From a bacterium (lineage in GTDB: Bacteria; Elusimicrobiota; Elusimicrobia; Elusimicrobiales; UBA9959): a stretch of DNA of 64,000 nt. A program made the position numbers and the translations under genes. The notes beneath the pieces were generated by a model. The model ran no database searches, was not told the origin of the DNA, and saw nothing but the letters and a program-made list of their open reading frames with translations. Position 1 is the stretch's first letter, and the number at the start of each line of letters is the position of its first letter. The DNA lies in NCBI GenBank assembly GCA_021789695.1, contig JAJYJH010000010.1:6240-70239 (forward strand), given 5' to 3'. Below are positions 27,652 to 37,157 of the stretch, one piece after another.

Positions 27652-27960
27652 ATGGAGATAAAAGACGCTGCGGTAGAGAAACTCAAGGCGGTGCTCAAGG
27701 AGTCCGGCAAGACCGGCTTCCTGCGCGTATTTGTAACGGAGGGCTGCTGCGGCCCTTCCATAGGCATGGACCTGGTGGAGAAGGCGGAGGCCGGCGACGC
27801 GGAGGTCTCCAACAAGGACTTCAAGCTCTACGTGGCCAAGGACGCCGCCACCCTGGTGGAAAAAGCCGTCCTGGACTGCGACGAGCAGGGCGATATCATC
27901 ATGAAGAACCTGCCCAAACCCGAAGGGAACTGCGGCGACGGCTGCGGCTGCGGCCACTGA
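27652..27960 (+). CDS. HesB/IscA-like protein with vicinal Cys pair and Cys/Gly-rich tail
   Basis: 102 aa. IscA-like fold pattern (FLRVFVTEGCCGPSIGMDLV ... tail NCGDGCGCGH). Located between arsR and arsC. Confidence 0.65.
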   Translation: MEIKDAAVEKLKAVLKESGKTGFLRVFVTEGCCGPSIGMDLVEKAEAGDAEVSNKDFKLYVAKDAATLVEKAVLDCDEQGDIIMKNLPKPEGNCGDGCGCGH

Positions 27961-27970
27961 GCGGGGCCGC

Positions 27971-28402
27971 ATGACGCGGCTACTGTTCCTCTGCACCGGC
28001 AATTCCTGCCGCAGCCAGATGGCCGAGGGCTGGGCCAACGTCCTGCTGGCCGGGAAAGTCAAGGCTTTCTCCGCCGGCACGGCGCCCGGCTCAGAAGTTG
28101 ACAAGCGCGCCATAAAGGTGATGGCCGAAGCCGGCGTGGACATCTCGCGCGGCAGGCCCAAGAGCGTGGACGAGTTCAGGGATAAGGAGTTTGCCCTCGT
28201 GGTCACCGTCTGCGATAACGCCCGCGAGACCTGCCCCGTTTACTGGGGCAAGGGCCGCAAGCTGCACCGCGGTTTCGACGACCCCGGCGCCGTGGTAGGA
28301 AAAGGGAAAACTGACGAGGAGGCGCTGCCGGTGTACCGCCGCGTGCGCGACGAAATAAAGGCGTTCGTGCTGGAACTGCCGGACCTGCAGGCGGGCAACT
28401 GA
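27971..28402 (+). CDS. arsC: arsenate reductase, LMW-PTPase / thioredoxin-coupled type
   Basis: [14 protein letters not shown]-loop plus [12 protein letters not shown] downstream cysteines. Confidence 0.9.
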   Translation: MTRLLFLCTGNSCRSQMAEGWANVLLAGKVKAFSAGTAPGSEVDKRAIKVMAEAGVDISRGRPKSVDEFRDKEFALVVTVCDNARETCPVYWGKGRKLHRGFDDPGAVVGKGKTDEEALPVYRRVRDEIKAFVLELPDLQAGN

Positions 28403-29457
28403 TGGATGGAATGATAAAGAAACTTTCGTTCCTGGACCGTTATCTCACCATGTGGATATTCCTGGCCATGGGCGCGGGCGTGGCCATCGGCTGGCTTTGG
28501 CCGCAAGCCGTGGCTAACTTTAACGCGGCCTCCAGCGTGGGCACTACCTCCATTCCCATAGCCGTCGGCCTGATCCTGATGATGTACCCGCCGCTGGCCA
28601 GGGTAAAATACGAGGAGATGCACAGGGCCTTCGCGGATAAGAGGGTGCTGGCGCTCTCGCTGGCGCAGAACTGGCTGGCAGGCCCGGCGCTGATGACCGC
28701 GCTGGCCATTCTCTTCCTGCGCGACAAGCCGGAGTACATGGTGGGGCTTATCCTCATCGGTCTCGCCCGCTGCATAGCCATGGTGATAGTCTGGAACGAC
28801 CTGGCCGGCGGCGATACTGAATATTGCGCGGGGCTGGTGGCTTTTAATTCCCTGTTCCAGGTGCTGTTCTTTCCGGTTTACGCTTATTTCTTCGTCACGC
28901 TGGTGCCGCGCTGGCTTGGACTTGAGGGCGCGGTGGTGAATATCACCATGGCCGAAATAGCTGAAAGCGTGTTCATTTATCTTGGTATTCCGTTCATCGC
29001 GGGGATAGTCACGCGCTTTGCGCTTCTGGCCGCCAAGGGGAAAGAATGGTATTCAAAATTCACCCGCGTATTAAGCCCGCTCACGCTTATAGCCCTGCTG
29101 TTCACTATCGTAGTGATGTTCTCTATAAAGGGCGCGAACATAGTGCAGGTGCCGCTGGACGTGGCGCGCATAGCCGTCCCGCTGCTGTTTTACTTCGCGG
29201 TTATGTTCTTCGCCTCGTTCTGGATGAGCAAAAAAGCTGGCGCCAGCTATCCGCAATCCGCCACGCTGTCTTTTACCGCCGCTTCCAATAACTTCGAGCT
29301 GGCCATAGCCGTGGCGGTGGCCACGTTCGGCATCGGCAGCGGAGAGGCTTTCGCCGCGGTCATAGGCCCGCTGGTGGAGGTGCCTGTGCTCATCGGCCTG
29401 GTGAACGTCTCGCTTTGGATAGGCAGACGCTGGTACGGCGCCCCGGCGGCGCAATAG
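28402..29457 (+). CDS. acr3: arsenite efflux transporter, ACR3 family
   Basis: 351 aa with about 10 [20 protein letters not shown] and [19 protein letters not shown] motifs. TGATG overlap with arsC. Confidence 0.9.
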   Translation: MDGMIKKLSFLDRYLTMWIFLAMGAGVAIGWLWPQAVANFNAASSVGTTSIPIAVGLILMMYPPLARVKYEEMHRAFADKRVLALSLAQNWLAGPALMTALAILFLRDKPEYMVGLILIGLARCIAMVIVWNDLAGGDTEYCAGLVAFNSLFQVLFFPVYAYFFVTLVPRWLGLEGAVVNITMAEIAESVFIYLGIPFIAGIVTRFALLAAKGKEWYSKFTRVLSPLTLIALLFTIVVMFSIKGANIVQVPLDVARIAVPLLFYFAVMFFASFWMSKKAGASYPQSATLSFTAASNNFELAIAVAVATFGIGSGEAFAAVIGPLVEVPVLIGLVNVSLWIGRRWYGAPAAQ

Positions 29458-29772
29458 GGCCCCTACTTAACAACCCCCTGGCTTAATCTGCCGCCGGGCA
29501 GCAGAATCTGGTATGCCCCGTCCAGTTTAATCTGAAACATTTTTCGCCTGGTTATGTCGACAGATCCCAGCATCTTCCGGTTCTGCTTCCCATTCTTTAA
29601 AGTAACATCCGCTTTCTCAACACGGCTTTTACAGTTTTGCGGTGAATGAACGCGGCCGCCTATGCTTGACGATTGTATGGAGGTGCCCCCGGCAAAAACG
29701 GGTCTTGCAATGCGGGCCGCTATTATTGTGAAATAGCCTATGCCAGCAAGTTCAAACTGATAAGGGGAGAAC

Positions 29773-30684
29773 ATGAAAACGTTCACGAAAAGATCGCTTG
29801 TCGCCGTACTTCTGCCGGCCCTCTTATTCGCCGGCTGCGCTCGCAGGAACGAATCCACGGTGGGGACTCCGGCCAACCCGCTCACCATAGTGGTTTCCCC
29901 GGCGCATGCCCCGAAGGACGCCGCCGCGCTGGACGCCATCAAGAAGCAGCTGGAGTCCTCCACCGGCATGACCGTAGTTATAACCCAGGCCGCCACCCCG
30001 GCTGATACCATAAAGGCCTTTGACGCCGGCAGGACTGACATCGGCCTGGTGACGCTGGAGGAATACCTGGTGGCCAGGGAGGAATACGGAGTTCATGCAA
30101 CGCTTCAGGCGCTGCGCGAGAACGGCCTTTCCGATTACCAGGGTGTCATCCTGACGAAGTCAAAGGGCGGGCCAGTTTCGGTGGGCGAGCTGGCCGGGAA
30201 GAAGGTGGGATTCGTGGGACCTTACTCGGTCAGCGGGTTCACTCTGCCGGTTTCCTATCTCAACAAGGCCGGCGTGAAGGTGCAGCCCGTATTCGCCGCT
30301 AGCCACGAGGAAGTGCTGAAACTGCTGGTGGACGGCAAGGTGGATGCCGTCGCCACCTATGCCAGACAAGTCAAGCGCGCGCCCGGCCTGAAAGTGCTGG
30401 CCTACACCGGCACCGTGCCTAACGAGCCGCTGATAACCAGGGACGGGCTTACGCCGGAAAAAATCGAGGCCATCAAGAACGCCTTCACCGGGCTGGCCTC
30501 ATCCCCTGAGGGCGCTAAGGCCCTCTCCGCAGTGGCCGACATAACCGGCTTCAAGCCGGTGGACAGCGAGGTCTACAGGCCTATCCACGACCTGCTCCGC
30601 TCGGAAGGCAAGTCGGTTTACGACATGGTCCCGGACGGCTGGGACATATATCACCTGAACCAGCCCTTCATGCCCGAGCGCTGA
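29773..30684 (+). CDS. PhnD-like phosphate/phosphonate ABC transporter substrate-binding lipoprotein
   Basis: Lipobox LLFAGC. Sequence has a PhnD/PBP2 pattern (GKKVGFVGPYSVSGFTLP...). No cognate permease or ATPase gene is adjacent. Confidence 0.75.
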   Translation: MKTFTKRSLVAVLLPALLFAGCARRNESTVGTPANPLTIVVSPAHAPKDAAALDAIKKQLESSTGMTVVITQAATPADTIKAFDAGRTDIGLVTLEEYLVAREEYGVHATLQALRENGLSDYQGVILTKSKGGPVSVGELAGKKVGFVGPYSVSGFTLPVSYLNKAGVKVQPVFAASHEEVLKLLVDGKVDAVATYARQVKRAPGLKVLAYTGTVPNEPLITRDGLTPEKIEAIKNAFTGLASSPEGAKALSAVADITGFKPVDSEVYRPIHDLLRSEGKSVYDMVPDGWDIYHLNQPFMPER

Positions 30685-30704
30685 GAGCGCCGGCCGCCGC
30701 AAAT

Positions 30705-30733
30705 AAAAACCGCGGGACAGCCCCGCGGTTTTT
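30705..30733. terminator. bidirectional rho-independent terminator
   Basis: CCGCGGG-acagc-CCCGCGG stem flanked by an A-run and a T-run, between convergent genes. Confidence 0.65.
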
Positions 30734-30752
30734 ATTTGCCCGGCTGACCAGG

Positions 30753-32096
30753 TCAGATCTCGTCCTCGATCAAAGGCTGGTGGTTCTCCAGAACGCCGTC
30801 GGCCGGAACAGGCTTCTTGAGCGGCGTTTCGTTCCACAGGCGTATCATCAGCAGGGCACCCATCAGCGAGAACGGCATTATCATCCAGGTCCAGGAGCCC
30901 CAGCCCCACTTGTCCAGGAAGTGGCCCATCAGGAAGCCGGTGAGGCCGCTGGCCAGGTACTGCACGCCGTCCAGCAGGCCCGCCACGGTGGAGGCGGCGC
31001 GCGTGCCGCCGAAGTCCATAGAGGCGGTGCCGGAGAGCATGCCGTGTACGCCAAAGATCCACATACAGCAGACGCCTATCATGTAGGAGGCCACCAGCGG
31101 GCTGTGGGTATGGCCGAGCATGAAAAGCGCTATGATTTGGCCGATATAGAAGATGAACGCCACCGGCGGCCGGCGCGACTGGAACCAGTTGTCCGACATA
31201 TAGCCGCACAGCAGGCCGCCGATGATGCCTCCTACCGTGGTGCCGGCGGTGGCTATGTCGAAGAGGCGCGTGCCGTAACTTATCTTGTGCACCTCTATCA
31301 AGAAGGGGACAAACCAGAGCATCAGTCCCTGGCGCACGAAGCCCGTGCAGAACTCGGCCACTATCAGCGTCACGATGACCGGGTTGGAGTAGACGCGCGT
31401 CATCAGCTCGGCGAACTTTAGCGGCTCCTCGTGCTTTTCGTGGGCCGTGGCGTCGCCGGTGTGGAAGTCCTCGAACCCCGCCTGGCTGGGCCTGTCCTTG
31501 ACAATGAAAATGTCGACGAGGAACATCAGTATTATGGCCGCAGACGGGACCAGGAACACGTAGTACCAGGGGAAGTTAGCGAGTATCCAGCCGCCCACCG
31601 TCATAGCCAGGAAGTAGCCGCAGGAGATCATGATGCCGAAGACGCCGCCGAAGATGCCGCGCTCGCGCACGTGGAACCAGGGCGCGTTGACTTTTACTAT
31701 CGAGAGCGCGCCGAAGGACTGGAAGTACTGGTTGACCGCGTAGAGCAACGACATCCCGACGATAATCTTGGTCTGCCAGCCGTTCAGGAACAGCAGGCCT
31801 ATTATCAGGTTCAGGGCGGCGGCGCCAACCGCGCCTATCAGGATGGCCTTCTTGCCTCCTATCCTGTCGGCCAGCGGGCCGGTGAAGATGACGGAGAGCG
31901 CGTAGGTCCAGAAGCCCGCCGTGGCTATCATGCCGAACTCACCCTTGGTCAGGTCGAACATGTCCATCATCTTCTTGGAGGCCACGTTCAGGTTGTAGCG
32001 GCCCATGTAGAAGGTGGCGTAGGTGAGGCCCAGCGGGAACCAGTTCATAAAACGGCGGCGGCGGTATTCTGCCGTATGTTTGGGGGCTTCTGACAT
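30753..32096 (-). CDS. MFS transporter, organophosphate:Pi antiporter (GlpT/UhpC-like) family
   Basis: 447 aa, 12 TM. N-terminal YRRRRFMNW...TYATFYMGRYNLNVA pattern typical of the OPA family. Confidence 0.75.
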   Translation of the reverse strand: MSEAPKHTAEYRRRRFMNWFPLGLTYATFYMGRYNLNVASKKMMDMFDLTKGEFGMIATAGFWTYALSVIFTGPLADRIGGKKAILIGAVGAAALNLIIGLLFLNGWQTKIIVGMSLLYAVNQYFQSFGALSIVKVNAPWFHVRERGIFGGVFGIMISCGYFLAMTVGGWILANFPWYYVFLVPSAAIILMFLVDIFIVKDRPSQAGFEDFHTGDATAHEKHEEPLKFAELMTRVYSNPVIVTLIVAEFCTGFVRQGLMLWFVPFLIEVHKISYGTRLFDIATAGTTVGGIIGGLLCGYMSDNWFQSRRPPVAFIFYIGQIIALFMLGHTHSPLVASYMIGVCCMWIFGVHGMLSGTASMDFGGTRAASTVAGLLDGVQYLASGLTGFLMGHFLDKWGWGSWTWMIMPFSLMGALLMIRLWNETPLKKPVPADGVLENHQPLIEDEI

Positions 32097-32188
32097 TTTC
32101 AGCTCCTGTCGGTTTAGGGTAAGAGAGGTACCAACTGAATTATATAAATTAGGGAAGGCGGAGGGCTTGTAAATTCCGCGTAAAGGCG

Positions 32189-32223
32189 AAAAAAACCCGC
32201 GCCTTGCGGGCGCGGGTTTTTTT
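32189..32223 (-). terminator. rho-independent terminator after the FadL-like gene
   Basis: A7-CCCGCGCC-ttg-(C)GGGCGCGGG-T7 hairpin, 23 nt downstream of the stop at 32246. Confidence 0.65.
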
Positions 32224-32245
32224 GACTGCCGTCAGACCGTCGGGC

Positions 32246-33472
32246 TCAAAACTTGTAGCCCACGTTGATGGCCGGCACCTGCGCGTTGCATTTGTAGGTG
32301 CCGTCCAGGGAGGGGGTCGTGTTCCCGGAGATCTTCCTGTTCACGAAGAACACGTAAGCGTAGGAAGCGTCCACAACGATGTTGTCCTTGGTCCAGCCGG
32401 CGCCCACGGAGAAGGCCACGCGGTCGGAGTCGGGGATGATCGTGTCGAAGTTCTTGTCCTTGACCGGGTTGAAGTCGTAGAAGGCTCCGGCGCGGAAGCT
32501 CCAGGCGTCGGAGTACTTGTACTCGGTGCCGGCGCGCAGGGCCCAGACGCTTTGCCAGTCCTTGTTCTTGATGCTGGTGTCGCTTATCGGGTAATGGATG
32601 CCGTAGGTGCCGAAGTAAAAGGCGTCGAGGGCGGTGGTCATGTCCGTTATGGTCTTGGACTTCACGGCCAGGGCATGGTAGGTGGCCCAGTCGGTATAGT
32701 CCGCGGTGGCGGAGACCTTCCACTTCTGGTCTACCTTATAGGCCGCGCCGACCTGCAGTGTGTCGGGCAGCGTTATCTTGGTGGTGGCGGAGTTGGAGTC
32801 GCCGGGCACATAGGCCATGGCCGTGGCGGTGCCGTCCACGTCTATCTTCACCGGGCTGCGGTAATTGGCGCCGAAGTTCCACTTGTCGTTGAGCTTGTAG
32901 AACGCGGCCGCGTTGTAGCCCCAGCCGTGGCCGTCGCCGTTGAGACGGAGCGCCGAGTTGTAAAGCTTGGCCTCCAGGTACATATAGTCCGCGCCGGCGG
33001 CCACGGACAGCTTGTCGTTCACCTTGTAGGCGGCGTTGAGGTTGTAGTTGAAGTCCTCGATGTCGGAATAGGTGGCAACGCCGGCCGTAGCCGAGTTGTA
33101 CTTCCAGTCCGTAGACAGGCCGAACGGGGCGTTGAAGCCGAAGCCGAGGGCCCATTTCTCGTTGAGCCTGTGCGTAGCGTAGAAATAAGGAGGAACGTGC
33201 ATCACCCTGGCGATCTTGTCCGAGCCGCCGGCGTACTCGTGCTTCATCCGGGGGTAGACCATCGCCGAGCCCAGGGAGAGGTTGGTTTTCTCCAGGTCGG
33301 TCATCGCGGCGGGGTTGTACCAGACGGCGGACGGGTTGTCGGCCACGGCTACGAAAGAGTCGCCCATGGCGGTAGCCTTGGCGTCCTGCTCGGCCAGGCG
33401 GAATCCGGCCGCATTGGCGCCGACGGCCATGCCTATCACGGCGGCCGCGGCTAATGCTGATATTTTCATCAA
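32246..33472 (-). CDS. outer membrane transport protein, FadL/OmpP1/TodX family
   Basis: 408 aa with a signal peptide. AGFRLAEQDAKATAMGDSFVAVADNPSAVWYNPAAM N-terminal hatch motif and a terminal ...NVGYKF. Confidence 0.85.
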   Translation of the reverse strand: MMKISALAAAAVIGMAVGANAAGFRLAEQDAKATAMGDSFVAVADNPSAVWYNPAAMTDLEKTNLSLGSAMVYPRMKHEYAGGSDKIARVMHVPPYFYATHRLNEKWALGFGFNAPFGLSTDWKYNSATAGVATYSDIEDFNYNLNAAYKVNDKLSVAAGADYMYLEAKLYNSALRLNGDGHGWGYNAAAFYKLNDKWNFGANYRSPVKIDVDGTATAMAYVPGDSNSATTKITLPDTLQVGAAYKVDQKWKVSATADYTDWATYHALAVKSKTITDMTTALDAFYFGTYGIHYPISDTSIKNKDWQSVWALRAGTEYKYSDAWSFRAGAFYDFNPVKDKNFDTIIPDSDRVAFSVGAGWTKDNIVVDASYAYVFFVNRKISGNTTPSLDGTYKCNAQVPAINVGYKF

Positions 33473-33554
33473 TTCCTCCTAACGGTATTTAGAAACCTTC
33501 CGCCAATTATACAAAACCCAGGCCCTCCGTTAATGAAGCCGAAGGGAGAGGCCC

Positions 33555-34427
33555 CTATTGGAGAACCCAGAATTTCACGGTCCTGTCGTTGGAGGCGGAG
33601 GCTATGTACCTGCCGTCTGGGGAGACACCCACGGAATAGATCTCGTCGGTATGCCCTTCCAGGGTGCGCAGACAGGTCCCCGTGAGCGGGTCCCAGACCT
33701 TTACGGCGGTGCCTCCGGTCACGGCGTATTTGCCGTCCGGGGTGAAGGCCACGCAGTTTATCCAGTCCGTGTCCTTTATAGAACCCAGTTCTTCGAGCCG
33801 CTCCGTATCCCAGATTTCTAGGCGCTTCTCCATGCCGGTGGCGGCGGCCAGCAGCTTGCCGTTCGGGGAGAAGGCCAGGCAGCGGACGCCGTAGAGATAG
33901 TCGCCGTTGTCCTTGAGCAGGGCTTTCGCCCTGTCCAGGAGCCGCAGTTCCGCCCCGCCCAGCGCCAGTCGCCCTTCCGGGGAGAGCGCCAGGGCCTTTA
34001 TGTCGCCTATGCCCGGCTCCAGGGCGTCTTTCAGCGAGCAGTCCGCCGGATCCAGGACGTGTACCGAGCCGTCGTCCGAGGCCGAATACAGCAGTTTTGC
34101 GTCCGGGGAGAAGGCGAGGCAGTTGACCGGCCCGGAATGCTTTTCCGTTTTGCCCAGAAGCGCGCAGTTAGAGGTCTTCCAGATCTTCACGGTCCTGTCC
34201 CAGGAGCCGGTGGCGAAAATATCCCCGTCCGGGTCGAAAGCCACGGCGCGCACGTCGCCGGCGTGGGCCTCTATGGTCTGTATCTCTATCCCGTCCGGGA
34301 CGCCCCAGAGTTTTACGGCGTTGTCCTTTCCCGCTGTGGCCAGGAATTTTCCGGAGGGGGAGAACGCCAACGCCAGCACTCCGTCCGTGTGCCCTACCAG
34401 AGTCTTTATCAAAGCCGTCTGTTGCAT
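33555..34427 (-). CDS. WD40-repeat beta-propeller protein
   Basis: Seven repeats of the GH...AFSPDG...ASxDxTVKxW type. Start trimmed to ATG 34427. Confidence 0.85.
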   Translation of the reverse strand: MQQTALIKTLVGHTDGVLALAFSPSGKFLATAGKDNAVKLWGVPDGIEIQTIEAHAGDVRAVAFDPDGDIFATGSWDRTVKIWKTSNCALLGKTEKHSGPVNCLAFSPDAKLLYSASDDGSVHVLDPADCSLKDALEPGIGDIKALALSPEGRLALGGAELRLLDRAKALLKDNGDYLYGVRCLAFSPNGKLLAAATGMEKRLEIWDTERLEELGSIKDTDWINCVAFTPDGKYAVTGGTAVKVWDPLTGTCLRTLEGHTDEIYSVGVSPDGRYIASASNDRTVKFWVLQ

Positions 34428-34439
34428 TTTCCCCCCCGG

Positions 34440-34467
34440 TTGACGCGAAAACAATAATCTATATAAT
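34440..34467 (+). promoter_or_regulatory. near-consensus sigma70 promoter
   Basis: TTGACG (34440-34445), 16-nt spacer, TATAAT (34462-34467). Lies in the WD40/hypothetical divergent region. Confidence 0.5.
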
Positions 34468-34561
34468 TTCCGCTCCGAATGCAAAGAAGGGGAGGGGCCT
34501 TGCGCGGCGCCTTATCCCGTGGTATACATATTAAGAAAAGGATCCAGGACGGGAGAAGATT

Positions 34562-35461
34562 ATGAGACCTATGCCAGCGCTGATAATTTCCGGTTCACTG
34601 CTCCTGGCGCCGTTGGCGGCGCTTCTAGCGCAGCAGGACGACGCGTTCAAGCCGGCTCTGGCCGCCGGCGCCGCTGCCGTCGCCTCTCCGGCCTCCGGAG
34701 ACCCCAGGACGCAAGGGCAGGCCGTTCCGGACGTGGACCTTTTCAGCTGTTTCGGCTATCCTTCCGCCCCCGAGGCGGTTCAGCTGCCGGAAGAGAGGGG
34801 CGTCAAGGGACCGGCGGACGTGGTCTTTTCCCTGAAACTGGACACGATAAAGAACGCCTACCTCAGGCCTTCGCTGGGCTTCGTCACCGGCAGCGGGACC
34901 AGGGTTTACGTCAGCGGCACCAAGGCCACCAACTGCCCCGACGGCGGGACCTCCTGCAAGGACAGCGACAAGTTCTTCCTGGTGCTGACCACCGCGCGCG
35001 GAGACAGTTATTTCATCAGGGCTATGGATATTGTCAATTGGGGCATCTTCATGAGCGGCTCGCGCACGGTGACCATCGACGGAGAAAACTACGTGGCCAA
35101 GGTTTACGCGAACGCCTCCGCTCCGGCCGACAGCCGGCTGGAGATAAAAGGGCCGCGCGGCGTCGCTCTCAGCGCCACGCTCAAGCAGATCGGAGACGCC
35201 GTGGCCGCCAAGGGCGTCGACGTCAGGCTTGGCAGCGCCTACAAGTTGGCCTATGGCAACGAGATAGTGCAGGGTCCGCGGGGGGGTAGTTTCACTTCCA
35301 AGATGCTGGTGTTGCTCATTCCCTACCCCGTGGTGGACGCCTCCACTTACTACATATTCGGCGCTTCTGAGATAAAGCCCTCCGGTACCGCCTTCCCGTC
35401 CTTCCACGCGGGCTACGGGTTTAAACTGGATAAGGGCGTGCTCGCCATCTACAAGCTGTAG
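34562..35461 (+). CDS. hypothetical secreted protein
   Basis: 299 aa with a signal peptide ([19 protein letters not shown]). GGGAG lies upstream of the ATG. I recognised no family. Confidence 0.55.
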   Translation: MRPMPALIISGSLLLAPLAALLAQQDDAFKPALAAGAAAVASPASGDPRTQGQAVPDVDLFSCFGYPSAPEAVQLPEERGVKGPADVVFSLKLDTIKNAYLRPSLGFVTGSGTRVYVSGTKATNCPDGGTSCKDSDKFFLVLTTARGDSYFIRAMDIVNWGIFMSGSRTVTIDGENYVAKVYANASAPADSRLEIKGPRGVALSATLKQIGDAVAAKGVDVRLGSAYKLAYGNEIVQGPRGGSFTSKMLVLLIPYPVVDASTYYIFGASEIKPSGTAFPSFHAGYGFKLDKGVLAIYKL

Positions 35462-35589
35462 GTTCCCCGCGCAGCGCGGGAGGCCGGGCGCGGGCCCGGC
35501 CTTTTTGCGCGAGAGCAGCAAAACCAGGGCCTTTGGGGCGGGGAACTTTATATAATCAAGGGACTGGTGCGCGACGTAAAAAAGGAAAA

Positions 35590-36210
35590 ATGGGATTCGC
35601 GGAAGATATAAGGACGGTTTTCAGCAAGGACCCCGCCGCCAGGAGCGTGCTGGAGGTCCTGACCTGCTACCCGGGTCTGCACGCCGTCTGGCTTTACAGG
35701 CCGGCCCACTGGCTCTGGACGCACGGCCTCTTTTTCCCAGCGCGCCTGCTTTCCCATTTAGCGCGCTTTCTCACCGGCGTGGAGATACACCCGGGGGCGA
35801 AGATAGGCCGGCGCTTCTTCATAGACCACGGCATGGGCGTGGTGATAGGCGAGACGGCCGAGATAGGCGACGACGCGCTGCTCTACCAGGGCGTTGTGCT
35901 CGGCGGCGTGTCCCTGGAGCACAGGAAACGCCATCCTACGCTTGGCAACGGCGTGGTGGTGGGCGCCGGCGCGGCGGTGTTGGGCGCCATCAGGATCGGA
36001 GACCGCTCCAGAATAGGCGCGGGCTCGGTGGTCCTTCAGGACGTGCCGCCAGATACCACGGTGTTCGGAGTGCCGGCCCACGGCGGGCGCGGCGGCGCCG
36101 GCGGCGCGCAGCTGGACCACAACAAGCTGCCGGACTACTGCTCCCAGGAGATGAGGCGCGTGCAGCAGGAGCTCGACGAGCTGCGCCGCGAACTGGAGGA
36201 CCGAAGATGA
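35590..36210 (+). CDS. cysE: serine O-acetyltransferase
   Basis: [19 protein letters not shown]..., hexapeptide repeats ([33 protein letters not shown]). Start trimmed to ATG 35590. Confidence 0.85.
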   Translation: MGFAEDIRTVFSKDPAARSVLEVLTCYPGLHAVWLYRPAHWLWTHGLFFPARLLSHLARFLTGVEIHPGAKIGRRFFIDHGMGVVIGETAEIGDDALLYQGVVLGGVSLEHRKRHPTLGNGVVVGAGAAVLGAIRIGDRSRIGAGSVVLQDVPPDTTVFGVPAHGGRGGAGGAQLDHNKLPDYCSQEMRRVQQELDELRRELEDRR

Positions 36211-37157
36211 ATTACGCTCCGGATATGAGCGCCCTGGTCGGCCGCACCCCGCTGGTAAGGCTGAACCGCTTCGCCACGCCTCCGGGAGGGCTGTTGCTGG
36301 CCAAGCTCGAGTTCTTCAACCCGTCCTACAGCGTTAAGGACAGGACCGCCCTGGGCATGGTATCCGACGCGGAGGCGCGCGGCCTGCTTAAGCCGGGCTC
36401 GGTGGTGGTGGAGCCTACCAGCGGCAACACCGGCATTGGCCTGGCCTGGCTTTGCGCCATCAGGGGCTACAGGCTGGTCCTGACCATGCCGGAGACCATG
36501 AGCCTGGAGCGCCGCCGGATACTTCACGCTTTCGGCACGCGGCTCGTCCTTACCCCGGGGGCCGCCGGCATGGCCGGCGCCATCGCCGAGGCGGAGAAGA
36601 TACTTTCCTCTACGCCCGGAGCTTTCATGCCGCGCCAGTTCTCAAATCCGGCAAACCCAGCGATCCACGAGCGTACTACCGGCGAGGAGGTCTGGAAGGA
36701 CACCGATGGGAAGGTGGATGTGCTCGTGGCGGGCGTAGGTACCGGCGGCACGCTCACTGGCATAGCCCGCTGCCTGAAGAAGCGCAAGCCCTCGGTCAGG
36801 ATAGTGGCCGTGGAGCCGGCCGCCTCGCCGGTGCTCTCCGGAGGCGCCCCTGGCCCCCACCGTATACAGGGCATAGGCGCCAATTTTCTGCCCGAGAATC
36901 TGGACCTCGCTCTCGTGGACGAGGTCTTCACGGTGAGCGACGAGGCCGCCGGAGTGGCCGCCCGCCGTCTTATGAAGGAGGAGGGCGTGCTGGCCGGCAT
37001 CTCCTCAGGCGCGGCCGTGCACGCCGCGGCCGCCGTGGCCGCCAGGCCGGATTCGGCCGGCAAGGTTGTAGTTGCGGTGCTGCCGGACACCGGCGAGCGC
37101 TACCTGAGCACCTGGCTTTTCGAGGACCTGCCTCCGCAGGGCGTTTCCGCAGCATGA
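36207..37157 (+). CDS. cysK: cysteine synthase A (O-acetylserine sulfhydrylase)
   Basis: PLVRLNR...[14 protein letters not shown]...[10 protein letters not shown]...[10 protein letters not shown] motifs. 4-nt overlap with cysE. Confidence 0.9.
   Translation: MNYAPDMSALVGRTPLVRLNRFATPPGGLLLAKLEFFNPSYSVKDRTALGMVSDAEARGLLKPGSVVVEPTSGNTGIGLAWLCAIRGYRLVLTMPETMSLERRRILHAFGTRLVLTPGAAGMAGAIAEAEKILSSTPGAFMPRQFSNPANPAIHERTTGEEVWKDTDGKVDVLVAGVGTGGTLTGIARCLKKRKPSVRIVAVEPAASPVLSGGAPGPHRIQGIGANFLPENLDLALVDEVFTVSDEAAGVAARRLMKEEGVLAGISSGAAVHAAAAVAARPDSAGKVVVAVLPDTGERYLSTWLFEDLPPQGVSAA

Noticed and set aside
29463-30041. 192-aa minus-strand ORF overlapping the PhnD-like gene start.
   Set aside because: It is mostly antisense to the PhnD-like lipoprotein gene, and it has no SD or recognisable motif. 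Only its 3' tail in the AT-rich spacer is noted as a finding.
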